Positions 1-13,324 of a DNA stretch of 64,000 bases are shown one piece after another. How positions within the stretch are numbered: position 1 is the stretch's first letter; every line of letters begins with the position of its first letter. Origin of the DNA: Macrostomum hystrix. Lineage: Eukaryota; Animalia; Platyhelminthes. The position numbers and the translations under genes are program-made. The notes below the pieces were generated by a model. The model had not been told where the DNA came from and searched no databases. It was given only the letters and a program-made list of their open reading frames with translations. The stretch is from the NCBI GenBank assembly GCA_950097015.1, contig CATNEN010000003.1, forward strand, positions 12,648,001 to 12,712,000, read 5' to 3'.

Positions 1-930
1 ATCTTAAAGAATCATCCCAAATCAACAAGAATCTTCCCAATTCATGAGAATCGTCCCAAATCCACAAGAATCGTCCCATATCCACAAGAATCTTCCCAAT
101 TCATGAGTATCGTCCCAAATCCACAAGAATCGTCCCAAATCCACAAGAATCTTCCCAATTCATGAGTATCGTCCCAAATCCACAAGAATCGTCCCAAATC
201 CACAAGAATCGTCCTAAATCCACAAGAATCTTCCCAATTCATGAGTATCGTCCGAAATCCACAAGAATCCTCCCCAATCTACAAGAATCGTCCCAAATCC
301 ACAAGAATCTTCCCAATTCATGAGTATCGTCCCAAATCCACAAGAATCGTCCCAAATCCACAAGAATCGTCCTAAATCCACAAGAATCTTCCCAATTCAT
401 GAGTATCGTCCCAAATCCACAAGAATCGTCCCAAATCTACAAGAATCGTCCCAAATCCACAAGAATCGTCCCAATTCATGAGTATCGTCCCAAATCCACA
501 AGAATCGTCCCATATCCACAAGAATCTTCCCAATTCATGAGTATCGTCCCAAATCCACAAGAATCGTCCCATATCCACAAGAATCTTCCCAATTCATGAG
601 TATCGTCCCAAATCCACAAGAATCTTCCCAACTCTTGAGTATCGTCCCAAATCCACAAGAATCGTCCCAAAGTCATTAGAATCGTCCTAAAGTCATTAGA
701 ATCGTCCCAAAGTCATTAGAATCGTCCCAAAGTCATTAGATTCGTCCCAAAGTCATTAGAATCGTCCTAAAGTCATTAGAATCGTCCTAAAGTCATTAGA
801 ATCGTCCCAAAGTCATTAGAATCGTCCCAATTCACAAGAATGGTCCCAAAGTCATTAGAATCGTCTCAAAGTCATTAGAATCGTCCCAATTCACAAGAAT
901 GGTCTCAAAGTCAATAGAATCGTCCCAATC
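1..930. repeat. Minisatellite, 18-20 bp units (AAGAATCGTCCCAAATCCAC, switching to AGAATCGTCCCAAAGTCATT near 670)
   Basis: Direct tandem periodicity; runs off the left window edge. Confidence 0.95.
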
Positions 931-1597
931 TACATGCTCCTTGTTCCCAAAATATTGCTATAAATTGAGTCTAGGTCGCAAGACAATTTTCCTGATTTGA
1001 AATTCACTGAAAGTCAATGTAAAAGTGCTTCCCTGTTAGCTATAAAATTATCTGTTCCATACTTGGAGTTGCTCAAGTGTGCACTTATCTACGCTAGCCC
1101 TTTTAAAAAAATCACTTGAAATGAGCAGCCCTGTAACTCGCACTCTCTCTCTCTCCTACCCAGTAGCTAATAAACACAGGAAGAGTGTGAGGTGTGGACG
1201 GAACTTCTCAGAGTGAGATTCTGAGCACAAAGCCTATCGATGAAAGATTTTTTCTGTTGCTGAAATTTATTCTTCGAAATCAACTGCATTCCATTAGACA
1301 GACGTTGCTTATGGGGAGTTCACACTAAGCCAAGATCCCTCATTTAGATCCTTTCCTACTTTCGCCAATCTATTTTTAGTTTAAAAAATATTTCCCATGG
1401 GAGATCAGTGAAACACAACTTTAGCAGCCAAAGAAAAACATGATTTGAAAAAATGTTATTCTTTTTATATGCTAACTAGAATGCCGCGTTCAATTTAAAA
1501 AATGATTGTGCTCAGACTGAAAAATATGCCCCAAGGATATCCTTGAGAACAACATTCTCAAGGATGTCGCTGATCTCAAGATCCTTAAGATTGGGAA

Positions 1598-3066
1598 TGA
1601 GAATCGACATGTTATGAATCGACAGCATGATAATCGACATCTTGAGAATCGACATGTTAAGAATCGACAGCATGATAATCGACATCATGAGAATTGACAT
1701 CTTGCGAATCGACATCTTAAGAATCGACATCTTGAGAATCGACATCTTGCGAATCGACATCTTAAGAATCGACATCTTGAGAATCGACATCTTAAGAATC
1801 GACATCTTGAGAATCGACATCATGAGAATCCACATCATGAGAATCGACATCTTAAAAATCCACATCATGAGAATCGACATCTTGAGAATCGACTTTGTGA
1901 GAATCGACATCTTGAGAATGGACATCTTGAGAATCGACATCTTGAGAATCGGCATCTTGAGAATCGACATCATAAGAATCGACATCTTGAGAATCGACAT
2001 CTTGAGAATCGGCATCTTGAGAATCGACATCATAAGAATCGACATCTTGAGAATCGACATCTTGAGAATCGGCATCTTGAGAATCGACATCATAAGAATC
2101 GACATCATGAGAATCGACACCATAGTAATCGAAATCTTGAGAATGGACATCTTGAGAATCGACATCTTGAGAATCGGCATCTTGAGAATCGACATCATAA
2201 GAATCGACATCTTGAGAATCGACATCTTGAGAATCGGCATCTTGAGAATCGACATCATAAGAATCGACATCTTGAGAATCGACATCTTGAGAATCGGCAT
2301 CTTGAGAATCGACATCATAAGAATCGACATCATGAGAATCGACACCATAGTAATCGAAATCTTGAGAATGGACATCTTGAGAATCGACATCTTGAGAATC
2401 GGCATCTTGAGAATCGACATCATAAGAATCGACATCTTGAGAATCGACATCTTGAGAATCGGCATCTTGAGAATCGACATCATAAGAATCGACATCTTGA
2501 GAATCGACACCATAGTAATCGACATCTTGAGAATGGACATCTTGAGAATCGGCATCTTGAGAGTCGACATCTTGAAAATCGACATCTTGAGAATCGAAAT
2601 CATGAGAATTGATATCTTAAAAATCGAAATCTTGAGAATCTACATCTTGAGAATCGACATCTTGAGAATCGACATCTTGACAATCGACTTCTTGAGAATC
2701 GACATCTTGAGAATCGACATCTTGAGAATCGACATCTTGACAATCGACTTCTTGAGAATCGACATCTTGAGAATCGACATCTTAAGAATAGATATCTTAA
2801 GAATAGATATCTTAAGAAAGAATCGACATCTTAAGAATCGACATCTTGAAAATCGACATCTTGAGAATCGACATCTTGAGAATCGACATCTTGAGAATCG
2901 ACATCATGAGAATCGAAATCATGATATTTGATATCTTAAAAATCGACATCTTGAGAATCGACATCTTGAGAATCGACATCTTGAGAATGGACATCTTGAG
3001 AATCGACATCTTGAGAATCGACATCTTAAGAATCGACATCTTGAGAATCGACATCTCGAGAATCGT
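1598..3066. repeat. 15-bp minisatellite (GAGAATCGACATCTT)n
   Basis: Direct periodicity; explains the spurious IDILR/MSILK ORFs. Confidence 0.96.
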
Positions 3067-3859
3067 TGTAAAGCCGTTTTAAGGTCGGTAAGATATGATT
3101 CGTGTCTTTGTGTAGCATTGTGTCTGTGTTTAATATCTAGTCCGTTGCTATTCTTACAACTACCCCACTATTTTAGATTAATTTCAAATGATTTTGTCCG
3201 ATCAAGACTGAATAGACAGAAGCAACAGGCCTAATAAAACTGCCCTGAAGTTACTGACTTACTGACTCCGCAGAAATTCTCGGCTGCCTTTGATCCTCCG
3301 GGGTTGGTGTCGGAGAAGGGAAGGCGGACAGGCAATCGAGCTGAGTGTGAACTGGGAGTAATCCCTACACGCTCCCCTTGGCTGTCTCCCAAGTCCTTCA
3401 CTAGATCCCTAGAAAACTTGGCGATTTCATTTCTTCTCTTTGAATTCCTATCCACATATAGAAGGGTCCTCTGCTCTTCTTCTAGGAGACGCTAAGACTT
3501 ATGAAGGCCTAGGCAGGCAATTATTTTGGAAACTAGTCAAGCTGTCTCGCAGGCCTGATTTTCTTCCCATCGCCTTGAAATCCCACGGTCGGCCCTGAAA
3601 ACCTTCTCGAATTCTCTGGCGTTCGGCGGCTGCGGGGGGGCTTAGTGCTCGAAATCGAAAATAAATCCCAAATTAGAGTTTGTTCTGTTTTTCTAAACAT
3701 ATCGGCTACGTAGCTATAAACATTAAAAGCAAGCTCTTCAGTTTATAATTTATCTGCTTTTACAGAAATAAATAGAGAAAAAGACACTTGATCGATTTAG
3801 GAAAGATGTACAGCCACTGCACAGTCGCAGCTATGGTCTGGCGTTTCCAAACACTGTGT

Positions 3860-4080
3860 ACAGCTGCCCAGTCCATGGACTGGGACTCACTCAAGTTTCC
3901 ACTCCAGCTAATTCCGGTACCCATTTTATAGCTATGTAACTGAAGCATTAGGTAATTAAGCCTCTTAGTTAAGACGCTTAAATCGTCTTCCTTTGTCTTC
4001 CTTTTACGAGCGTACTGAGATTCGAACTCCGAACCTCTCGGTCACAAGTCTGAAGCTCCAGCCACTAGGCTACAAGCTCC
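3860..4080 (-). mobile_element. tRNA-derived SINE copy
   Basis: Minus strand starts GGAGCTTGTAGCCTAGTGG (A box) and has GGAGTTCGAATC (B box). It shares body sequence and the GTCCATGGACTG tail with the copies at 30050, 34551, 47470 and 50010. Confidence 0.75.
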
Positions 4081-4601
4081 TTGCTTCCATATTCGATAAA
4101 TCAATGAGTCCAGGGCCATAACTAGCTATTTGAATGATGATTGCAACTGGTTGAAAATGCCATTAATAATTCCAAACAATGCGTAGACAGGGAGGTTAGA
4201 TTGAAGTCACGCAAAATTTTGATTGCAATTGAAAAATAATAGCGTCACGCAATAGGTCTGAGACTAAAAAGCACCTCTTTAAAATTCCACGCGAAAAAAA
4301 TTGAGTTACTTTTTGTGATTTAGAATGTAAATTTCACTTCTAGTTGCACAAAAAATCGAGTAGTTAATTGAACAGATGTACTCTTGGGGTTTAGGGAAAT
4401 ATGCACAAAATGTATGATCTGCCAATTTCGATCGACGAAGTGCAAAATTACACTTTAAATATAACTGTTGTTCACATTTATTTTTATTTTTATGTATTGC
4501 AATGAGTAAGTACTAAAAACACAACGAAAGGGCATGAAAGTACTATTTACATATCGAAATTTATCAAAGGTAAGTCTGTGATGTCATAGGCTGGAAAGGA
4601 A

Positions 4602-6131
4602 ACCCCAATCCATAGACAGGTAGGACACCCCACTCCATAGACAGGTAGGACACCCCACTCCATAGACAGGTAGGACACCCCACTCCATAGACAGGTAGGA
4701 CACCCCACTCCATAGACAGGTAGGACACCCCACTCCATAGACAGGTAGGACACCCCACTCCATAGACAGGTAGGACACCCCACTCCATAGACAGGTAGGA
4801 CACCCCACTCCATAGACAGGTAGGACACCCCACTCCATAGACATGTAGGACACCCCACTCCATAGACTGGTAGGACACCCCACTCCATAGACAGGTAGGA
4901 CACCCCACTCCATAGACAGGTAGGACACCCCACTCCATAGACAGGTAGGACACCCCACTCCATAGACATGTAGGACACCCCACTCCATAGACAGGTAGGA
5001 CATCCCACTCCATAGACAGGTAGGACACCCCACTCCATAGACAGGTAGGACACCCCACTCCATAGACATGTAGGACACCCCACTCCATAGACTGGTAGGA
5101 CACCCCACTCCATAGACAGGTAGGACACCCCACTCCATAGACAGGTAGGACACCCCACTCCATAGACATGTAGGACACCCCACTCCATAGACAGGTAGGA
5201 CATCCCACTCTATAGACAGGTAGGACATCCCACTCCATAGACAGGTAGGACACCCCACTCCATAGACTGGTAGGACACCCCACTCCATAGACATGTAGGA
5301 CACCCCACTCTATAGACAGGTAGGACACCCCACTCCATAGACATGTAGGACACCCCACTCCATAGACAGGTAGGACATCCCACTCCATAGACAGGTAGGA
5401 CATCCCACTCCATATACTGGTAGGACACCCCACTCCATAGACTGGTAGGACACCCCACTCCATAGACAGGTAGGACACCCCACTCCATAGACAGGTAGGG
5501 CACCCCACTCCATATACTGGTAGGACACCCCACTCCATAGACTGGTAGGACACCCCACTCCATAGACAGGTAGGACCCCCCACTCCATAGACTGGTAGGA
5601 CACCCCACTCCATAGACAGGAAGGAAACCTCACTCCATAGACTGGTAGGACACCCCACTCCATAGACAGGTAGGACACCCCACTCCATAGACAGGTAGGA
5701 CACCCCACTCCATAGACTGGTAGGACACCCCACTCCATAGACTGGTAGGACACCCCACTCCATAGACAGGTAGGACCCCCCACTCCATAGACTGGTAGGA
5801 CACCCCACTCCATAGACAGGAAGGAAACCTCACTCCATAGACTGGTAGGACACCCCACTCCATAGACTGGTAGGACACCCCACTCCATAGACAGGTAGGA
5901 CACCCCACTCCATAGACAGGTAGGACACCCCACTCCATAGACAGGTAGGACACCCCACTCCATAGACAGGTAGGACACCCCACTCCATAGACTGGTAGGA
6001 CATCCCACTCCATAGACAGGTAGGACACCCCACTCCATAGACAGGTAGGACACCCCACTCCATAGACAGGTAGGACACCCCACTCCATAGACAGGTAGGA
6101 CACCCCACTCCATAGACAGGTAGGACATCCC
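4602..6131. repeat. 25-bp minisatellite (CACTCCATAGACAGGTAGGACACCC)n
   Basis: Direct periodicity; the same family occurs inverted at 56380-57575. Confidence 0.97.
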
Positions 6132-6165
6132 TAATAATAATATGAATAATATTAGCTTTAATTTG

Positions 6166-8320
6166 CTAGGCCTCATCAATTTCAGGTGAAAACGCTGCTA
6201 GTTTGACAACTCGCACAGTGGACGCGGTGTTAGTACCAGAATCTGGCCTATCAGAATCTTTCGAATTCTTCTGCTGCTGCTGTCTTCTGGCATTCACGGC
6301 CGCAGCTTTCGCTTTGTTCACAGACGAATTGAATGCTAATCTAGCAGCCAGAACCAAGCGGTGGCAGTCGAGAACTGTGGCGCAGAGAAATGCCTGACAG
6401 GTCGGGTTCATGGCTACTGTACGCGCTGGGCCTGAGACTGAGCTACTAGCTGCAGAAATTCCTGACTGCTTCAGCGGAGTCGCAGCAATCTCAACCGATA
6501 CAAAACAGAATAGGCGAGGCATTATGGTGTCCATAGCAACGTAGGACACTGTCTCAATTGGAAAGAATGTGTTGCCGTGGTCTGTGTCAGCATTGTCAAT
6601 GCTGATGCCTGGATAGTGTTTAAATGGGTGCTTTGAACTGATTTAGAATATTGAGCTTACGGCTGGTAGAACACACAGGTAGGACACCCCAACTAACACA
6701 CAGGTAGGACACCCCAACTAACACACAGGTAGGACACCCCAACTAACACACAGGTAGGACACCCCAACTAACACACAGGTAGGACACCCCAACTAACACA
6801 CAGGTAGGACACCCCAACTAACACACAGGTAGGACACCCCAAATCACACAGGTAGGACTCCCCAAATCACACGGGTAGGACACCCCAAATCACACACTGG
6901 TAGGACACCCCAAATCACACACTGGTAGGACACCCCAACTAACACACAGGTAGGACACCCCAACTAACACACAGGTAGGACACCCCAACTAACACACAGG
7001 TAGGACACCCCAACTAACACACAGGTAGGACACCCCAACTAACACACAGGTAGGACACCCCAACTAACACACAGGTAGGACACCCCAACTAACACACAGG
7101 TAGGACAAACCAAATCACACAGGTAGGACACCCCAAATCACACAGGTAGGACACCCCAAATCACACACTGGTAGGACACCCCAAATCACACAGGTAGGAC
7201 TCCCCAAATCACACACTGGTAGGACACCCCAAATCACACAGGTAAGACACCCCAAATCACACAGGTAAGACTCCCCAAATCACACGGGTAGGACACCCCA
7301 AATCACACACTGGTAGGACACCCCAAATCACACACATGTAGGACACCCCAACTCACACAGGTAGGACACCCAAAATCACACACTGGTAGGACACCCCAAA
7401 TCACACAGGTAGGACACCCCAAATCACACAGGTAGGACTCCCCAAATCACACGGGTAGGACACCCCAAATCACACACTGGTAGGACACCCCAAATCACAC
7501 AGGTAGGACTCCCCAAATCACACGGGTAGGACACCCCAAATCACACACTGGTAGGACACCCCAAATCACACAGGTAGGACACCCCAAATCACACGGGTAG
7601 GACACCCCAAATCACACAGGTAGGACACCCCAAATCACACAGGTAGGACACCCCAAATCACACAGGTAGGACACCCCAAATCACACAGGTAGGACACCCC
7701 AAATCACACGGGTAGGACACCCCAAATCACACAGGTAGGACACCCCAAATCACACAGGTAGGACACCCCAAATCACACAGGTAGGACAACCCAAATCACA
7801 CAGGTAGGACACCCCAAATCACACAGGTAGGACAACCCAAATCACACAGGTAGGACAACCCAAATCACACAGGTAGGACAACCCAAATCACACAGGTAGG
7901 ACAACCCAAATCACACAGGTAGGACACCCCAAATCACACAGGTAGGACACCCCAAATCACACAGGTAGAGCTCCAACCATGCGGCAGAATGCTGATCATC
8001 ACTCTGGGCAGTGGTCGGATCAGTCCTTGTCCTTTAGCCAGCTGTTCGCATCGTGCCTTAGCCGCAGCTCTCGCCAGCTGGTCGACGGGTTGTCGGACGC
8101 TGCCGGAGCCTCCGATACCATCGGCTGGAGCAGAACCGAGTCGCTTCGCCAAACATCCAGTTGGCAGCGATGGCGCTGTCAAGCCGCCCTCAGTCAGTCG
8201 CATCACTGCCAATCGATTGTCTTCTTCAGCATTGCCTTTAGTCTTCTGGCTGCCAGATTTCAATAAGGAATCGTTGAAGTATTCACTCTCGTCTATTTCA
8301 TCTGCTCTAGTCGATGCCAT
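6166..8320 (-). CDS. PTB/PID (phosphotyrosine-interaction) domain adaptor protein, about 261 aa, 2 coding exons
   Basis: Exons 8320-7978 and 6608-6166 join in frame across a phase-1 GT-AG intron. Joined protein shows the PTB pattern: AKRLGSAPADGIGGSG...VMISILPH/GISIDNAD...FFPIETVSYVAMDTIMPRLFCFVS...CQAFLC...LVLAARLAF. Orthologue (LDLRAP1/CED-6/Numb-like) not assignable by eye. Confidence 0.75.
6665..7968. repeat. 23-25 bp intronic minisatellite (ACACAGGTAGGACACCCCAAATC / ...AACTAAC)
   Basis: Fills nearly the whole PTB-gene intron; shares the core ACAGGTAGGACACCCC with the 4602-6131 array. Confidence 0.96.
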
Positions 8321-8630
8321 TGCTGTGCGCAGTAAAAATGCTTTGAGTGGCAGTTTTCCACAAACACACACACACGTTTATATATATATAGACCCGTACA
8401 TATATGCTGTACTGGATTACTCATGCTAGCCTTTTTTTCTTCCGCTACTCACGGCTCTCACTCTCTCTATGCTTGGTGTTGTATGAATAGGCGGGCCAAT
8501 AATTTTATAACTTTCACTAAGGGTGTGAGCGCAGAGAAGGGAAATGAGACTGAGTGTGTGTGCGGCGTATGGTGCACAGCCCAAATTTACCCAGACTGGG
8601 TCAAATTGACGGAAACAAAAACTAAAGCTT

Positions 8631-11600
8631 GTAGAAATGGCACCTAATAACTGTAGGAATGGCACCTAATAACTGTAGAAATGGCACCTAATAACTGTAG
8701 AATTGCCACCTAATAACTGTAGAAATGCCACCTAATAACTGTAGAAATGCCACCTAATAACTATAGGAATGGCACCTAATAACTGTAGAAATGGCACCTA
8801 ATAACTGTAGAAATGGCACCTAATAACTGTAGAAATGGCACCTAATAACTGTAGAAATGGCACCTAATAACTGTAGAAATGGCACCTAATAACTGTAGAA
8901 ATGGCACCTAATAACTGTAGAAATGGCACCTAATAACTGTAGAAATGGCACCTAATAACTGTAGAAATGACACCTAATAACTGTAGAAATGCCACCTAAT
9001 AACTGTAGAAATGCCACCTAATAACTGTAGAAATGGCACCTAATAACTGTAGAAATGACACCAAATAACTGTAGAAATGCCACCTAATAACTGTAGAAAT
9101 GGCACCTAATAACTGTAGAAATGGCACCTAATAACTTTAGAAATGCCACCTAATAACTGTAGAAATGCCACCTAATAACTGTAGAAATGCCACCTAATAA
9201 CTGTAGAAATGCCACCTAATAACTGTAGAAATGACACCAGGAACTGTAGAAATGGCACCAAGAACTGAAGAAATGACACCAAGAACTGAAGAAATGGCAC
9301 CTAATAACTGTAGAAATGGCACCTAATAACTGTAGAAATGGCACCTAATAACTGTAGAATTGCCACCTAATAACTGTAGAAATGCCACCTAATAACTGTA
9401 GAAATGGCACCTAATAACTGTAGGAATGGCACCTAATAACTGTAGAAATGGCACCTAATAACTGTAGAAATGGCACCTAATAACTGTAGAAATGGCACCT
9501 AATAACTGTAGAATTGGCACCTAATAACTGTAGAAATACCACCTAAAAACTATAGGAATGGCACCTAATAACTGTAGAAATGGCACCTAATAACTGTAGA
9601 AATGGCACCTAATAACTATAGAAATGGCACCTAATAACTGAAGAAATGACACCAGGAACTGAAGAAATGACACCACGAACTGAAGAAATGACACCACGAA
9701 CTGAAGAAATGGCACCAAGAACTGAAGAAATGGCACTAAGAACTGAAGAAATGGAACCAAGAACTGAAGAAATGACACCACGAACTGTAGAAATGGCACC
9801 AAGAAGTGAAGAAATGGCACTAAGAACTGAAGAAATGGCACCAAGAACTGAAGAGATTACACCAAGAACTGAAGAAATGACACTAAGAACTGAAGAAATG
9901 ACACTAAGACCTGAAGAAATGGCACCAAGAACTGTAGAAATGACACTAAGAACTGAAGAAATGGCACCAAGAACAGTAGAAATGGCACCAAGAACTGAAG
10001 AAATGGCACCAAGAACTGAAGAAATGACACTAAGAACTGAAGAAATGGCACTAAGAACTGTAGAAATGACACTAAGAACTGAAGAAATGGCACCAATGAC
10101 TGTAGAAATGGCCCCAAGAACTGTAGAAATGGCACCAAGAGCTGTAGAAATGGCACCAAGAACTGTAGAAATGGCCCCAAGAGCTGTAGAAATGGCACCA
10201 AGAGCTGTAGAAATGGCACCAAGAACTGTAGAAATGGCCCCAAGAACTGTAGAAATGGCCCCAAGAGCTGTAGAAATGGCACCAAGAACTGAAGAAATGG
10301 CCCCAAGAACTGTAGAAATGGCCCCAAGAGCTGTAGAAATGGCACCAAGAACTGAAGAAATGGCACCAAGAACTAAAGAAATGGAACCAAGAACTGAAGA
10401 AATGGCCCCAAGAACTGTAGAAATGGCCCCAAGAGCTGTAGAAATGGCACCAAGAACTGAAGAAATGGAACCAAGAACTGAAGAAATGACACCAAGAACT
10501 GAAGAAATGACACTAAGAACTGAAGAAATGGCACCAAGAACAGTAGAAATGGCACCAAGAACTGAAGAAATGGCACTAAGAACTGAAGAAATGGCACTAA
10601 GAACTGAAGAAATGGCACCAAGAACTGAAGAAATGGCACCAAGAACTGAAGAAATGGCACCAAGAACTGAAGAAATGGCACCAAGAACTGTAGAAATGCC
10701 ACCTAATAACTGTAGAAATGCCACCTAATAACTGTAGAAATGCCACCTAATAACTGTAGAAATGCCACCTAATAACTGTAGAAATGACACCAGGAACTGT
10801 AGAAATGGCACCAAGAACTGAAGAAATGACACCAAGAACTGAAGAAATGGCACCTAATAACTGTAGAAATGGCACCTAATAACTGTAGAAATGGCACCTA
10901 ATAACTGTAGAATTGCCACCTAATAACTGTAGAAATGCCACCTAATAACTGTAGAAATGGCACCTAATAACTGTAGGAATGGCACCTAATAACTGTAGAA
11001 ATGGCACCTAATAACTGTAGAAATGGCACCTAATAACTGTAGAAATGGCACCTAATAACTGTAGAATTGGCACCTAATAACTGTAGAAATACCACCTAAA
11101 AACTATAGGAATGGCACCTAATAACTGTAGAAATGGCACCTAATAACTGTAGAAATGGCACCTAATAACTATAGAAATGGCACCTAATAACTGAAGAAAT
11201 GACACCAGGAACTGAAGAAATGACACCACGAACTGAAGAAATGACACCACGAACTGAAGAAATGGCACCAAGAACTGAAGAAATGGCACTAAGAACTGAA
11301 GAAATGGAACCAAGAACTGAAGAAATGACACCACGAACTGTAGAAATGGCACCAAGAAGTGAAGAAATGGCACTAAGAACTGAAGAAATGGCACCAAGAA
11401 CTGAAGAGATTACACCAAGAACTGAAGAAATGACACTAAGAACTGAAGAAATGACACTAAGACCTGAAGAAATGGCACCAAGAACTGTAGAAATGACACT
11501 AAGAACTGAAGAAATGGCACCAAGAACAGTAGAAATGGCACCAAGAACTGAAGAAATGGCACCAAGAACTGAAGAAATGACACTAAGAACTGAAGAAATG

Positions 11601-12651
11601 GCACTAAGAACTGTAGAAATGACACTAAGAACTGAAGAAATGGCACCAATGACTGTAGAAATGGCCCCAAGAACTGTAGAAATGGCACCAAGAGCTGTAG
11701 AAATGGCACCAAGAACTGTAGAAATGGCCCCAAGAGCTGTAGAAATGGCACCAAGAGCTGTAGAAATGGCACCAAGAACTGTAGAAATGGCCCCAAGAAC
11801 TGTAGAAATGGCCCCAAGAGCTGTAGAAATGGCACCAAGAACTGAAGAAATGGCCCCAAGAACTGTAGAAATGGCCCCAAGAGCTGTAGAAATGGCACCA
11901 AGAACTGAAGAAATGGCACCAAGAACTAAAGAAATGGAACCAAGAACTGAAGAAATGGCCCCAAGAACTGTAGAAATGGCCCCAAGAGCTGTAGAAATGG
12001 CACCAAGAACTGAAGAAATGGCACCAAGAACTAAAGAAATGGAACCAAGAACTGAAGAAATGACACCAAGAACTGAAGAAATGACACTAAGAACTGAAGA
12101 AATGGCACCAAGAACAGTAGAAATGGCACCAAGAACTGAAGAAATGGCACTAAGAACTGAAGAAATGGCACTAAGAACTGAAGAAATGGCACCAAGAACT
12201 GAAGAAATGACACTAAGAACTGAAGAAATGGCACCAAGAACTGAAGAAATGGCACCAAGAACTGAAGAAATGGCACCAAGAACTGAAGAAATGGCACCAA
12301 GAACTGTAGAAATGGCACCAAGAACTGAAGAAATGGCACCAAGAACTGTAGAAATGGCACCAAGAACTGAAGAGATGGCACCAAGAACTGAAGAAATGGC
12401 ACTAAGAACTGAAGAAATGACACTAAGAACTGAAGAAATGGCACCAAGAACAGTAGAAATGGCACTAAGAACTGAAGAAATGACACTAAGAACTGAAGAA
12501 ATGGCACTAAGAACTGAAGAAATGGCACTAAGAACTGAAGAAATGACACTAGGAACTGAAGAAATGGCACTAAGAACTGAAGAAATGGCACTAAGAACTG
12601 AAGAAATGGCACTAAGAACTGAAAAAATGACACTAAGAACTGAAGAAATGG
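8631..12651. repeat. 21-bp minisatellite with two subtypes and a 1553-bp higher-order duplication
   Basis: Blocks of AACTGTAGAAATGGCACCTAAT-type and AACTGAAGAAATGGCACCAAG-type units; the variant pattern at 9231 recurs at 10784. Confidence 0.97.
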
Positions 12652-13324
12652 ACTGAGTAGGACGCAAAACGTTTCGCAAATTTCGACCTCTCAGTCGGAA
12701 GTGCTTTTACCACTATAAGCTTCAAACTCCTTTGGCGCGAAGTTGGCGGATAGAAAGGCTATTAATATTAAAGAAATGAAACGGTCGCTGAGGCATTAAC
12801 TAATAAATTATATTATTATAGAGCTAAGCATCTCCCGTTAATAATTAATGTATACTGTATAGCTTTAATACGGCTTTAACCTCGGCTTACAGTCTCACTA
12901 ACCTCAGTGCGTCCATCACCCCTCTCGTCTGTAGGGGCCAATTCTTTGTTTATGACGACCTTTTGTGAAGTCTTTGCCGTGTGTGTGCAATAAAAAATGC
13001 GATTTCACCATATTTTTCCCACGCGCCATAGCAGTGCGCCGTAGATGATGAAAAATTCTTGACTCATTCCCAACCCCCGCATCCTGTTCCCGCATTACTC
13101 GTCCGTGTCGCCTAAGCTTTTAAGCCAGCTTGGGCACTGCATACTGATCTCTACCTAATCTCTATAGTTTATTATAATGCGAGTTTTTCTATTGCTTGCT
13201 GCGTTGCAACAATTGGAATGATTTTTTTCTGACAAAGTCTAACATTTTTAGTCACTTTTTTAATCCTTTCTCGCTGTCTTTCTATTTCTCATTCTGTTCT
13301 TACAATAGTCACCATGTCTTAAAA

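Noticed and set aside
3231-3650. GC-richer coding-like island
   Set aside because: Frames interrupted by stops, no recognisable domain or consistent splice sites.
1512-12679. Long repetitive ORFs (IDILR, MEWGVLPVYG, TEEMAPR, GAISSVL), and similar ones at 31952-33376, 34849-35885, 52375-53722, 56384-57614 and 62482-63853
   Set aside because: Open in several frames and often on both strands purely because of stop-free tandem units; several lie inside introns of reconstructed genes.
12915-12924. SRE-like ATCACCCCTC upstream of the PTB gene; also Hb-like CATAAAAA sites in hb introns
   Set aside because: Short, imperfect motifs expected by chance in 64 kb.
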